Assembly: GCF_006345805.1 (NCBI RefSeq) | Contig: NC_043004.1 | Span: 29,016,001 to 29,080,000, forward strand | Origin: Octopus sinensis | Lineage: Eukaryota | DNA: 64,000 nt | Reading direction: 5' to 3' | Shown here: in pieces, positions 23,561-37,800 of the stretch | Numbering within the stretch: position 1 is the first letter of the stretch | How the letters are laid out: every line of letters starts with the position of its first letter | The notes under the pieces: generated by a model | Database searches by the model: none | The model's input: only the letters and a program-made list of their open reading frames with translations | What the model was told of the DNA's origin: nothing | Translations under genes and position numbers: made by a program

Positions 23561-23847
23561 ACTACTGGTGGTTATTTTTGCGAACTGTTCCCCACTGGGA
23601 AATGGGGTGCTTAGGAACAAGTTGTCCATATTTGTTTCAGTTTCTCCGTTTTGTGCGTTTGTAGCATCCGTACATAACCCTTAACCTAGTCGTAAAATTT
23701 CGGGAAAAAAATTGAAAAGTTAAGGAGGAGGAGTATTAAAAAGTCTAAAAGTGATTTTTTTGCATATTCAGCATCTCCGTTGAAGACAAGGTTGGAATCC
23801 GTAGAAAAAAAAGCACAAAATGGTGGCACGCTTATTCTCAGCGTCCT

Positions 23848-23885
<38 letters not shown>

Positions 23886-25392
23886 ATGAAAAAAGTTCAA
23901 ACGGAGAATCATTCCATTCAATATCATGTTTATTACTGAGATTATGTAACAAATTATACTTTACACTTCTATATTTAAGTGTACGTGTATATTTCTTAAT
24001 TTTGCTTCTGGTGTCTCCTGTCTTCCTATTAGAACCGTTTACCTGGGAATCTCCGTATGAAATTTTTTTTCTGACATGAAAGTACCTTTAGAAATTCTTT
24101 GTTATCAGAAACCGTCACAACTGTAGTGACGCGTGTGTGTAAATATCCGGTTAGGACGCCAAAGACAGGAAGTTAAGAAAACGATTTGAAGAAGTGAATC
24201 TATATAGAGAGCAGTATTATTTATTTTTAATAAAAAAAAAAATAAATGAAGACCGTATTATTCTTTCCAAGGTCAAATTATTCATGTACCCCAAGTATGG
24301 TACAGATTGAGCCAAAGCTTTCAGCGTGCATTAAGGACACTCACACACAGAGTATTTTGTATATTAAGATATGGCATTTTCTATCTTATCAACAGATAAA
24401 CCATTATATTTTGCAGAATATGATAACATATAAATGTTTGCTTCTCTCAATAATATTATCTGTGGATTAATTCAACATACATAATAAATTCAAGAGCAAA
24501 TCGGATTGAATCTCTCCTCAGAAAACATGTAACATAAATAAATAAGTTTCTAATTTTTGCTCATTATGTTATTACTTCATTTCAGTCGATATATATATGC
24601 ATATGTAGCCATTATGAACAAAGGTTTCTAAAAGATATATAAACCTAGCGAGCGGGGTTATGGTCTATAAACTGATACATCTATTATTTTAGAGAATCTT
24701 TAATTTTGAAGCTGATTTCATACTAAAGATTAAATTTAAACAAATTCTACAACAAAGACTATTATATTTATAGAGATATAATAAATAATTATGTTACTAG
24801 GTTAGAAATGCGTATTATTTGAATGGACTCATCAGAATAACACTGAATTTGAATAGAAAATTATTCCTTTATTCGAAGTAATTAGTAATGTATGTAATAG
24901 AATACATGTGTAACATCATGCTGCATTCCTTTCACGCAGCATGGTTATACACATCTAGCTTAGAATTATTTTTGTTTTAAGTATAACATTTCGGGAATTT
25001 GAAGAGTGTTCATTAGTATTTGCTTGTAGAACGAGCTGTGTGCGGAGAATTTATGACGGCCTTCTTAACTATGAAATATATAGTAATTTAACTTTGTCTT
25101 TGTACTTTATCTACTCTTTTACTGAAAGTAGGTCATTTTAAAGTAATTTGCGATTTCATTTGAAATACTTTTATTCAGCTTGTCAATCTCCAAGATGTGT
25201 ATGTCGTTGATAATACTTTGAGAAAGGTAGCGTTTCACTTGCGTCGTATATACGTAAGTAAAACGCAAGAACTTTGTCCATCGTATTACAATGTACAATA
25301 ATTTCTGAAATGATTTTTATTAAACGTCTATTTATCATTTGTAAGAAGCAGTAAAGTGTCGAATTAAAAAACTTGTAATATGTAGGTTTCTA

Positions 25393-25835
25393 AAGGTGGC
25401 GAACTTGCAGAACCGTTAGCACTCCGGGTAAAAAATAAACTTAGCAGCATTTCGTCCGTCGATAAAATAAATACCAGATGAGCACTGCGACGAAATAAGT
25501 ATCAGTTGAGCATTGAGGTCGATCTACTGAACTAGCCCCCTCCCACAAAAATCCTGACCTAGTGCCTATAGTGGAAAGGATTATCATTACTGTTATTATT
25601 ATTATTGTTATTAGGTCGGTTAACTGGCAGAACCGTTAACTCGCCGAGAAAACTGCTAAGCAGCATTTCCTCCGTCTTTACTTTCTGAGTTCAAAATTCT
25701 GCCGAGGTCGACTTTGCTTTCATTTTTTTGGGGTCGATAAAATAAGTCTTATTTGAGCACTGGGATCAATGTAATCGACTTATCCACTTCCTGACATTTC
25801 TGGCCTTACGCCAGAATCTGAAACCCATATTTAGA
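25393..25835 (+). mobile_element. Two adjacent SINE family A copies
   Basis: Heads at about 25395 (GGTGGCGAACTTGCAGAACCGTTAGC) and about 25615 (AACTGGCAGAACCGTTAAC), each with the 3' GTCGAT motif. Confidence 0.8.
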
Positions 25836-25940
25836 TTACTCCTGTTGAAATTGCCTTTCCCTTGTGTCCCCATGCTTAATACAATCTCGACAAACATGTG
25901 GGGTTGATTCAATTGACTATAACCCTTTGCAAGTGTGGAC

Positions 25941-25992
<52 letters not shown>

Positions 25993-27757
25993 CAGTATTC
26001 TTTGTGTATAGTGGAATGTGTCTGATACAATTTCAATTGCATTTTAACGTAATTTGAGATACGTAGGTCAGATTATTTTGAATCGTGTTTAGTGAGAAAT
26101 TTAAAGCTATATTTCCCATGTAATATTGTTTTAATAGATACTGCTATTTTGGAATGTATTACGAATACATTAGGTAGCCACTTCATACCAAAGAACTTAA
26201 ACACCCTTGATGAACATGTGTTGCCCAGGAAGAAAATGAGAATTTATTGTTTAAATATTATACACATTAAGATAATGTCTTAGCTGCGTCTGTAGTTACG
26301 TACGAGTGTAAAATCTATTATAATTTCTTAGAGACAATAGGTCTAAAAAGTTAATCAGTTGATTATTGCTTACTTTTAATGTTCAATTTGAATTACTTAA
26401 TAAAAACTTTATTGAACATTTCTATAAATCAATGCTTTTGAATTCATTCTTTTTCTGTCATTACATGTTCTTTTTCATTAATTTCTCACAGATCTTATAT
26501 CCAATTGTTTATATTTCTTTTAAAGAAGCTATTTTAGGTTTTGCGGATAATTATTGACGCTACGTTTTATATCTAAAGATGTATTTTTCTTAGTATTACA
26601 TGATACCATTCAGTAACGTCGATATATCGATTATGCTATAAATTGTCATATTATTTTGATCACATTATTTGTTTAACTAACTGTTCAGTTCTATGCTTAC
26701 TTGTTTAATGAGGTACAGAGCATTGAATTTGCTTATTGTGAATTAAGATCATAGTTCTATTGTTTTCTAATAGCCAGAGTACATCACAATTTTCTGATAG
26801 CACAGGGTACATCTCAATTTGTCCATAATTAATCTTAAAGTGACAATGTTTTGCAGCAAATTTTAATGTTTTAAGATAATTCCGATAATGTTATCTCCTT
26901 GTACATTTGTTCGCATTTAGAAACTACAAAGCACAATTCTTAAGAGAGTTTGCAAGTTTACGTCAGCTTTACAATTATCAATATTGAATTTTGTTTTAAA
27001 AATTTTAATTTTGTTTCAAAAGTTGTTAAAGAATTTAATAAAACGATATTAATTATGGATAAATTATACTGCCAACATGTAGATCATGAGTTTAAATCCA
27101 TTGAAGATATTTCGTTGTATCGTTGAGAAAGAAATATACTTTACGTATTTCAGTAGTAAAAGTTTAGGTAGAACTTGAAAATTGGTATCAGACTTTTTTG
27201 AAAAGTTAACTGTGTTAGTCGAGCTTAACACATAAATTAATAAAAAGGTAATATGTTTATACTCCTTTTACTTAGTAACTGAAGTTTCAATAATAGTAAA
27301 AAAGAAATAAAATCATTCATCAATGTTTCCACAAAATGTTTCTCAAGATCTCTGAGCTTTATAGCTGGCTGGATTGTATTTAACTGTAATAGTGGTTTGT
27401 CCTCAATATTTTGCACCTCTTTCTTGAAAGCTTTTTGTTGAAACAACATAAGTATAAATTTCTTTAATCAATTCATGCCAACTGTTAAAAATGTTATTGA
27501 CTTTCTTGAATAAATTATGATATTTATATTAATACATTTTAATTTCTTTGGACATTATTCCAGTCTGTTCGGGCCTAAGTAACAAAGAATGTTATGTTTA
27601 CATTTTTTGCCAAAGATAAATTTGCAAAATTTATAACGAATTCCATATGCATGACATTTATTTGTGTATATCATGCCATCTTTGTGTAATTGAAGAAGAA
27701 TCAGTGAATACAAATTTTTATCTTCTGGTGAAATCTATGCTTACATACAAACACGCA

Positions 27758-27802
<45 letters not shown>

Positions 27803-28173
27803 CTATTTTCAGTGCATACACTTCATCTCCGAAAGGTGTAACCAAAGGTTTTATGTGTAGCCTAAAGTTGGGGTTACCCCATTGATAAACTTTCCCTATC
27901 TGCTAGTATTTTAAAATGATATTTAAATAGATTTCTCTGCAGTAATGGGGATAAAAATATAATGTTCACAGAATATTTCTTTTAATGAACATGAGCTGCT
28001 AGTTCGGTATTTTACTCTCTAAGAAATAGTAAAGCCGTGTGGCTGAAGTTGGCTCGCTCATATTTTCTGCGGATGAATAATTTTCTGCAACACATCTTAA
28101 CCTGCTTAACGACTGATCCGTACAATAACAAAATGTCCACTATATCGCACTAATCTCTCGGGGTTGCTAAAGA

Positions 28174-28218
28174 AGACCACGTGGTCTACAGGAAAATTCG
28201 AGAAGCACTTCTCGAATT
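28174..28218. promoter_or_regulatory. Two adjacent palindromes: AGACCACGTGGTCT and AATTCGAGAAG-CA-CTTCTCGAATT
   Basis: Both are self-complementary by inspection; they contain an E-box and two TTCnnGAA heat-shock-element-like units; function unproven. Confidence 0.4.
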
Positions 28219-31200
28219 ACAAGGGTTTCAAGGCACGCGTAGCAAAGTATAAAAAGTAAAATTTGTTTGTCCAGTAACTCGGCGTTCTCCTTGTCCATAT
28301 TAACATCTTTACTTCAGTTGTCTACACTTGATACTATCTTTCAAAACATCCTTGATCTTCTTACCTTACAATATCTTTTCTCATTTAGTTGTTCTTCCAC
28401 TTGTTTAACCAAGACAACCCATTCCACATCCACTTACTACTGACCTAAATCTTTGGTATATCAAGTCGGCTAACAGGCTAAACTTTTTCAGTTATTCTCT
28501 AACACGCTTGGTAACAAATGCGACTCACTCTTGATACAGTTGAGATAGTTCTACAGGTGGTTGAAATCATCTTTCTCATATTAATTGCTGGTAGGATCAT
28601 CGTATTTCGTTATGCAACCGTAATATACTATCAAGAATATGAAAGACTGATAAGTCAACACTGCGTCCCAACTATGTTAGCATTTCGATTAAATCACTTT
28701 TAAAAGTTATTTCTGAAAATTTTCTATAGAAATTATAACCAGCACTGGAAGTCACGATGTATCGTATATGAATGCGTGTGTGTAAACAATGCGATCGAAG
28801 ATAAACAAATAGATAATGTCTTTACAAGTACCCAACATAAGCAAAGTTCACTATTCAGCAAAATCTAAATAGGCACTAGCTGTACCAGGAAAAAAAAAAC
28901 ATTACTTAAAATACGCGGAATGAAATCCACTATCACAACCGTAGCACCAAGCAAAATGACATTCTCTCTCTTCTCCAGCAGAGACATAACAATTAGATTG
29001 TTCCTAACCCTTATCTATGAAAATTATATATAAACACAGCACACTAACCCTAATGTAGTTTGTTCCTTGTTAACTAACTTCGTGAAATCCTTCTACGCAA
29101 AAGTAATTACTACTCGCCATGCAAAATAGTTCCTCAAACAGATAATAACAATACCTTTGATTATTGCTTTGCTTAAAGCTGTACCCTTAATATTTTAATG
29201 CTATAGCCAAGAAACACCCACTCATTATGGATTACATAATGAAACTCATAGTATTCTTTGATTTATCTATTTTTGCCAATTTAGTTAAGTGCATTTTCAA
29301 AATTGCTTTGTAGATTAAACTACAAAATAATGTACATTGTATAAAACAACACATTTTTTCAACCGTTGATAATGAATAGTTTTATGTACTGTAAGTTTGA
29401 TGTTCATTTTATTTGAAATAAAATTGAATAGTAAAAAAAAAAAAGAGAAAAATTATAAAGAACTAAATAGAACTATTGTACCAATAACATTTTAAAATAA
29501 TATTAAAAAAATGTCAAACAAATACCCAAATAACCATATAGTTTCTAAAATTTCAGTATTTTTTTTGAAGTTATATAATTCTTAATGTTTTAAGATTTAA
29601 TCCTCTTCTTCAATCAGCTTTCTTGCTTTGTATCCGATGACATATCCCGTGAATTATAGGATCTGTGTACCTTTATTTCTCACTGGCTCTCAAAGCTTGG
29701 GGTCTCAGCTTCCCACAAGAATATTGTGGTCAAACAGCAATATAAAGATATGTTCAGAATATCTACTGTAGTCTTTTGCTTAACGAAGCCTGGGAGATAC
29801 TGGAATAATTCGATTAAATAGACTTAGCATATCACTATATTTTCGAACAAATTTCATGCTTTCCACGTGATTATTAACGTTCTAACTAAAAGGACACGGC
29901 TTCTGAAACTCACATGAAAACATAGTTTAGTCTTTAGACTAAAACATTATTTTGATATAAATTGTATTGCTATAAGTTAGTAAAAGTAAACAGCCACTTA
30001 TTTTTCTCTATATAAATGCATCATATGCTCTACAGTTTATCTACGAGTACAAAAAAGGTCGCCACTCTTGTTCTACATCAGTCAACAGTTTCTACTGTTG
30101 GTATTAATTTCATTCTCATAACGAGAAAAAAATACATACGCGTGCACACACACACACATGCACACACACACACGCATATAAATACATACATACGTGCATA
30201 CATATATATTATACATTTAAATTTTACAATTTATACTCAAAAATAAACAAGACAGTGTTTATGGTTATAGTTTATATATATTTACAACAAATTAGGTTGC
30301 AAACTTGTTCAATAGTTTATACAATTTACAGTTGTATAAAAAAATTACCCGCATTTATCAGTTGTTAAATTGCTGCTGAATGGTTGTTTAAATATTTAAA
30401 AGAAAATTGTACCTGTGATTGAATTGATGACGCTATGATTAATAAGCACAATTTTGCTGTTCTATTTCATCGTTCAGCATAATTAAATGAGCTATCAAAC
30501 TATAACTTTGTTGGAAATTCACGTTTTGAAACTTCATAAACACCAAGATCGGATACGGTTTGCCTCATCTATGCACATCGCTCGTTGAAATTAATCTTTT
30601 TCCGAGTAAAAATGTATCAATATATATTATCAACATAATCAAACGGAAAGCATATAACTGAATAAGTATTACTGTTTAAAACTGTTCGGTTGAATTGATT
30701 TATAATTTGCGCAAAATTTAAGTTCTTCAAATGATTGCACATAAAATGTCAATTTGAGAATAAGAAACAAAGAATGAACACCCAAGATATTATTCAGAAA
30801 CCCGAGTAAAGTAAGCATTTCTGAAATACGTTAATTTGTTTTTTCATATGAGTAAGAATATTTTATAGTAGTTTAATGGAAAAACGAACATTTCCCCAAC
30901 ACTGAGAATCGTTGCACATAATTAATTTATGATATGAAGCGTGATAACATTTCTGTGTTAATTCGTAGCGTTGATAGCGAGTAAATGATAAAGATATTTG
31001 CATAAAGTCTGATCAATATATTACTTACATTTTTAACTATCGTTAAATTGTATGAAGAGGAATTACTGTATTACATTAAAGATTGACTTTATTTACTTCT
31101 TAGATCTTTATTTCAATAATTAATGACTATTTTAAACTATTTTATCAAAATATTTTCCTTCATTGATATATTTAATCGATTTTTCCGTTGAATAATATTC

Positions 31201-32185
31201 TGTCGAATGTGCACAAGATGTTCATTGTAAGAGAAAGATTTTGTTAGTATTTTTGTGTTTCGTAGGTAAATGTACTAAATAAAAATAACTTTAGGGAGTA
31301 AAAATGTAAAATCTTATACAAGAAAATTAATTATCTAGTAATGATAATTATCAATGTGTACAATTTTCAAAATGCCTAAATAATACGTAAAACGAAAATG
31401 TTCTTTACGTAATGTTACAGTCAGAGTCTCTACTATATACTTATCTTGTCGACTTTGTATGTTATTTGATGTAGTTTGAATGTATCAAATTATTTGTGGA
31501 TACAAAAATATCGTTTAATTCAATTCTATAATGAAACTATTATATATATATATATATATATATAAAACTAACAAGTAAACTAATATATGAAAATTTTAAT
31601 CATGCTGTTTCTTTTGAAAACATGTAATTTTTCAGCATGATGAAGGTCTGATCTACGTTTTGTGTGAAAGAGTTATCTTAGTTGTATAAAAATGAATATG
31701 CTTTTCATGAAGATATTAAATATTCGCAAGTCTACATTATTTACTATATTGATATTGTTTCCTAATATGTTTTGTGGTATGCTTAAAATTCGCAAAGCTG
31801 CGTGCATATGCACTATAATATCAATTCCAGTAAATAAACTAAGTTATGCGTGTTTTATTATTCAACGTAGTTTATTCCCATTTTTCAAGAATAGTTTAAT
31901 GATAACGGAGTTAAACAATGGTTGTTTATTAAATAATCTCATGAAGAACCTTTAAAATAAGGTAACATACCGTCAGAAAAATGAAAAGTTAACTTTGATT
32001 TGAAATGCATATGTATGATTCTGATTACATCAAAGTGGAATAAGACCCAACGTTTTTACCTTCTTTGCATTTTTACCCTCTTTGCGATGTATTTGTATTG
32101 CTATTTGAGTTTTAACTCTTAAATTATTCCAGTATAGGCAAAATAATATACTGGGGAAAGCAAGGTTGGGGCAGTATCCATTTAC

Positions 32186-32216
32186 CTTATTACGTCGGAA
32201 GATAGGATCGGCGTTC
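32186..32216 (-). CDS. Candidate 31-nt exon (GTPILSSDVI in phase 1 to 2, or NADPIFRRNK in phase 2 to 0)
   Basis: Strong acceptor ttactttcctttttcatag, donor AAG|gtaaat, CpG-rich island in an AT-rich context. Confidence 0.35.
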
Positions 32217-32497
32217 CTATGAAAAAGGAAAGTAATATTACTTCGTTATTAAATTGTTTAATATGGAATAAACTCTATTGTTCTTTCCTTAAATAATTCT
32301 TCTGTTTTTTTTTTCATGATCGGAGTAGTCATCATTATAGAATCAGTTATTGATTTATAAAAGAAGCCAAGTTCTTTTCTCATTGGAGTTAACACATAAA
32401 ATGCTCATCTATTTTATTAGTTAAAATGCTGTTTTCAGTGGGGAACATTGTGCTACCTATAGTTCGAGAAAGTATCTGAATTATGAATCACTGCAGA

Positions 32498-32544
<47 letters not shown>

Positions 32545-32549
<5 letters not shown>

Positions 32550-32757
32550 CTGTGTTTGTTGCCCACCACCGCTTAACGACCGGTGCTGGTGTTTTCTCGG
32601 CCCCGTAACTTAGTGGTTCGGCAAAAAGTTAGAATAGGTACCAGGCTTTAAAAGAATAAATACTGGGGTAAATTCATTCAACAAAACTTTTTCAAGGCGG
32701 TGTCCCAGCATAACCGCAGTCTACTTAATGAAATAAGTGAAAGATAGAGATAAAAGA
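32545..32757 (+). mobile_element. SINE family B 3' half preceded by (TG)n
   Basis: CGGTGCTGGTG..CCCCGTAACTTAGTGGTTCGGCAAAA..GGCGGTGTCCCAGCAT. Confidence 0.8.
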
Positions 32758-33078
32758 TGAATATACTTTAATGACTAGTATGATATTATCAAAGCAAGAC
32801 AAGACTAGTTCTTTTTTCTAGGTACAGCTATTATAATCAGTTTTACATTGGGTAAATAATGCTATATTGTCTACTTAAGGCAAAAATTCGCTCATTAACG
32901 GTATTAAACACTCTAACTGAACTGACTTGAAAATACAATCGTAGACTAACTTTTTCTTTAGATTCGATGACAGGAATATTTTTTATCTTTTCCTTTGCTT
33001 AAAATATTAAACACAGTTGACTGCTTGCTATTCGTTTCGAAGTCGACAAGTATAGATGTACAAATGATGATAACAATA

Positions 33079-33096
33079 AATAATAATAATAATAAT

Positions 33097-33137
<41 letters not shown>

Positions 33138-33180
33138 AAACAACAACAACAACAACAATAATGATGATGAGGATGATAAT
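33079..33180. repeat. (AAT)n(AAC)n(GAT)n compound microsatellite
   Basis: Directly visible. Confidence 0.95.
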
Positions 33181-33450
33181 AAGAATATATATATAAGATT
33201 TAGATGTAGGAGCATATAAGAGCAATATAATCGTATCTCTATGCGTGACACACTGACCTTTGTACTACGTCAACATTATTGTTAACTGAAAGGTCGACTA
33301 AATGCTCTGCTTCTTTTTTTTTTTTAGAGTCAGAAAAAGGATTTTCTAGAAGTTTAATAAGGTCATGCGTTACTCAAACCACATATTTTCAATTACCATC
33401 GTCGTCATTGTTGTCGTTGTCGTCATCGTCGTCGTCGGTGTTGTTGTTTA

Positions 33451-33707
33451 AGGTGGCGAGCTGGCAGATTCGTTACCACGGTATTTCGTCTGTTGCAACA
33501 TTCTAAGTTCAAATCCCGCTGCGGTCGACTTTGCTTTTCATCGTTTTGGGGTCGATAAATTAGGTACCAGTGAAACACTGGATTTGATGCAATCGACTAG
33601 TCCCCTTCCACCAAATTTCAGGCCTTGTGCCTTTAGTAGAAATTCTTCTTCTTCTTCTTCTTCTTCTTCTTCTTCTTCTTCTTCTTCTTCTTCTTCTTCT
33701 TCTTCTT
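33451..33707 (+). mobile_element. SINE family A copy followed by (TTC)n
   Basis: GGTGGCGAGCTGGCAG head, AAGTTCAAATCCC B box; (TTC)n at 33643-33707. Confidence 0.85.
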
Positions 33708-33946
33708 GTGGTGTTCCTCAATAATCCCTAGAGGTCCTTCTGCATCAAGAGGGCTATATCTCTATCATCCTCCTACCTTTTTTATTTAAACCTTTGTATG
33801 CTATGCATATGTCGCTTCTTTTTCAATATATACCGTGTATACTAACTGTTTTTTATTTATTATCATTTCATTTTAAGTAACCCCCCACACCTTATGTCTT
33901 TCTATTGTCTCTCTTATCCTTCGTCCTTGTGGCAAATAAATGAAAT

Positions 33947-34035
33947 CGTTGTTATTATTATTATTATTATTATTATTGTTGTTGTTGTTGTTATTATTAT
34001 TATTATTACTATTACTATTATTATTATTATTATTA

Positions 34036-34112
<77 letters not shown>
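33947..34112. repeat. Long (ATT)n array with GTT/ACT/ATC interruptions
   Basis: Directly visible. Confidence 0.95.
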
Positions 34113-34679
34113 GCGTGGACGACAGTATTGTGAATCTGTTCCATGAGAGTTGGAGTATTACCAAGTTTATTGAATATATTTTTATGTATGTTTTATTTCC
34201 TTTTCGAACTTCTGACTATTTTTCGGAACGTGTGAATGTCTTCGTATAAAAAAATTTGCTTGTCACAGAGACTCTTTTATTTTCTAAAAACGCTTCTTGT
34301 GCTTGCATTCTATTTAAGAAGGATTCTCCGGGAGGAGAAGAAAGAGAAGAAAGAAGATAACATTGAATATGCCTTGATAAAAGGGTCAAATAATTTTCGA
34401 TTACACGAAAATGAGCCCAAAAATGAGAAACAAAAGAGATGACAATAAAACAAAGAAATGCCCTTACAAATACAATCAATACAATTTCACACTCTCTAGC
34501 GCAAATTTGCACCTCATTGATAAATATGGTAACAACAGCAGCAAGAGCGCAAACTTGTATTTATAAAGTACCATAAACAGATCCAACGTTAGTATTACAA
34601 TCATTAGATAGGTTGGGGAAAAAAGAAGCGCCAGCGTGCGTCCTTGCTTGAGGAATTTAAAACTATGTGATAAGCGCCG

Positions 34680-34860
34680 TGGTGACATGGATCATTTTTG
34701 TCGCGGTTGGTCTTCATGGACATATAGGGTCTGATAACATCCGAAGACAACAGAACGATTCCAGAGATGTACGCCGTTGTAAGCGTAGTGGTTCAGGGCA
34801 GAAAGCCAAGCTGTTACATATGCGACAGTAAGAGCTACTTGAAAGGTTTCTGCCAAGTGA
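34680..34860 (+). pseudogene. Possible decayed Gag/ORF1 zinc-knuckle region
   Basis: 34812-34853 encodes CYICDSKSYLKGFC (CX2CX4[Y for H]X4C); GLHGHIGSD just upstream resembles a second knuckle. Confidence 0.35.
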
Positions 34861-35792
34861 AGCTGGGAAGGTAGAGAGAGAGAGAGAGGGAGAGAGAAAG
34901 AGGGAGAGAAATAAACATCAGCAGAGGCAGCAACAAGAGAAAGAACTACATTAATAGCAGCTCCGAGGGAGGTTCCAAGGTTAGTGCCTTAAACTGTTCA
35001 TTGTTAGTGCCAAAAACGATGGCCATCAGCGTCCCCCATTCCTCGTCCAAATCCGGTACTATCATACTATGCGTCTTGCAAAGATAGACGAGAATATGAA
35101 ACTGTCGGAGATAGTGGAAAATATGGGAAAGGACCTATCCCACAAAAACAGAAAGTGAGCAAGATATACGAAAAACACATTCCGATCTCAAACTATAATA
35201 TTCAAATTTCTTCGAACAACCAACGGCGAACGTTTTGAACGTTATGCGTGAAGACGAAGAAAAAATTAATATAGAGATTGGAACAGAAATGAACTTCGAC
35301 ATGCAAATAATACATTGCTAATATGAATCATTTTCAAACCCTTAAGTTATACCTTAGCTTCCAAGAAGATTTGGGTCCTTTCTCATACATTCTAGCACCT
35401 TCAGAAGTAAACTTTGTGATTACGTTTTTCCTGAGCAACTGGGAGCGGAAACGAATTAGGATTGTAGTGTCCTAACCAAACCCTTATAGAAGATTCTCAT
35501 CCGAGTGGATGGGTTACACTTTCTTTACTTCATTTATATTTATATATCTATATACTCACTTATGCAAAACAACTAATGCCTCCTCTATTGTATAACGCTC
35601 TTATCCCATTCCTCGCTGTTGTATAACTAGATATATACATTTCCATATATTTTTGCAACATGTTGCACGTATCTTGCAAACAAAGTAAGAGGATATTACA
35701 GTTGTCGTCGTCGTCATCATCGTTGTCCTCCTCCTCCTCCTCCTTATGTTTTGAAGAGTTTCTACTGCACTGTCAAGTATATCACTGCGTAC

Positions 35793-35885
35793 CTGATATG
35801 TGTACAGACTTGTCCTTTGGGAACGTTGAATTACGTTTATGTTCTATTTCGCTTTTGCGTGGTTGCAACTTCTCTTGAACAGAGT
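35793..35885 (-). CDS. Candidate 93-nt symmetric phase-1 exon, SVQEKLQPRKSEIEHKRNSTFPKDKSVHIS
   Basis: Acceptor ttcaaattgcacag (weak pyrimidine tract), donor CAG|gtacgc, open frame. Confidence 0.25.
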
Positions 35886-36699
35886 CTGTGCAATTTGAAA
35901 TGTGTTATTTCATCGGACGAGGTTGTGTTTCGTATGTACTATGTTATTAGTGTTATGTACTTAAGTGTCAGTCAGTGGCTTTGCAGCGTATGTACTGAGT
36001 GGTTGTTTTTATAGCTACTTTGTGATATGTGAGTTGTCGGTGTTATATAATGTGCAGAATCGATTATGCCAGAGTGCATTGTTGTGTTATTTAGAATTTG
36101 AAGAGAGGGCAAGAAAGCAGCCCGAGCTAGTGCGTTGCATGCCTTCCGATTGGCAATGAATGGAATGATATTACATGAAGGCCTTGGTGAAAGACATTGG
36201 TGATGACGTTGATTCTGCTTATCATCACCAATGTGACATGTAAGTGGTGAACGTCAAAGTGACTAGAACTGCTAGTCTTATTGATTCTTGAAAACAGAGT
36301 CACTTCGGGCCTGCACGTCATCGTCAGTGCGCAAATGAAAGTAGTTAAACTGGTAGTATTGAATGAATGTGCTGCTACATATGTGTGGCATTCAGGGCTG
36401 TTTAGAGCTTTCTGATCAGAAAAAAACTAGTCAAACGGAAAAAAAACAGGACAACAGAAGCAGTAATAATAACTGCAGGCCGCAGAAACTACTGTTCTTA
36501 AAGCACCACCAGTCGAGGTTCTAGATATAGTGGAACAGATTTTACGCCTTCAATCCTTAAAGCAACAACCGGTCTGCCCTTCTAGGTCATAATCTGCAGC
36601 ACTACACCATTGTCTTGCGTCTGTGAAGATGGATAATGAATTGGGTTGTAGAACTTTGAGGGTATCAGAAAGGACAAAAACGTTGGAGAGAGATATATT

Positions 36700-36900
36700 C
36701 TCCAGAAAAAAAGGTAAGTAGAAGCTATGAAGATGAACACCTTTCTCTAGCAAACTTGAATTTCACAGTTGTCCGAAAGAGTAGCTATATCCTCATACGG
36801 ACAATGAAAGTTCTGAAGTTAAGTGAGGAGGATAGGGGTGAAAACCACAGCAAAAGTCTACAATCACATAAAAATGTCTGTCCAGGGATGTGGGATGCTA
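36700..36900 (-). mobile_element. Very degenerate L2/CR1-like LINE 3' remnant
   Basis: HPY..GYSYSFGQL*NS resembles the HPY..Y..SFF..LWNSL C-terminal motif. Confidence 0.35.
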
Positions 36901-37479
36901 CCTATTTCAACCAACGCAGCAAATATTTATGGGTGCTTTGGGTTTTAATACGAGGAGCGATGAGCGATAGCATCGTGATGTGTTCTAAGCCAATCTAGTT
37001 GTCGACTTCTCACCTGTATGTCGATGGCATGCTCAAATTTTGCTTTCCATTATTGCTTTTCAAAATCCTATTTAATTAGATTGTGCTTACATATTCATTT
37101 AATTATCAACGTCTCAAAATATTGTATTAAAGTCATTGACCCTAATTTTTGTACAGTTTTGTAACACATTAGCGTTTTAGTAAAATGAACTGATAGATTA
37201 CCCGGCAGCCATTATTTACTTGTTTACTACATTTTAAACCTATCTTAATATATTCAAATGAGATTTATTCCGCCGTTTGTTATATATACGGGCACCAGCA
37301 ACTTTTTCAGAAACCCATTTTTGATTTACGTTTTGCATTGACTGAAACTTTATGAACAATAACAGCTCTTGTACCATATAAGAAACCAATGAAACTATAT
37401 ATTATTATTCTTTTGTGCTTCCTGTTTTATATTCTTTAGAATCTGGTCCAAACTATGGACCCAAGATGCCATAGGATGT

Positions 37480-37800
37480 GGCTTGATTAACAACCCCACA
37501 TTGTTGTATGTGAGGTGACCCTAGTAGTGCAATCATCTGGACTGCATGGATATTCATTTTGCTTTTGGTACCGATGTCCGATTTCTGCAGGAGATGGGGA
37601 TCTCTTCTCTCTTTGATGACGTGTTAGGATTTCGGTGCGAGACATCGATCTTGTGCAACGAAATTCAAACACATCTCCCGTCTCTGTTATCATTTTGGTA
37701 CTCTTAAGCCTCTGGTGTGTCTTCAGTTGGTCTACGTCTAAATCCGCAACCATTTTGTACAAGATTTTCTGCTTCGGTCATTTGGCATAGTTACTACCTC
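37480..37800 (-). mobile_element. Degenerate R4/Dong-type fragment
   Basis: DLDVDQLKTHQRLKSTKMITETG aligns with DIDKALTHQWLMASGLKSETEG of element A. Confidence 0.5.

Noticed and set aside
27100-27480. Minus-strand stretch with LPF..C, reminiscent of a hAT dimerisation domain
   Set aside because: Too degenerate to support a call by eye
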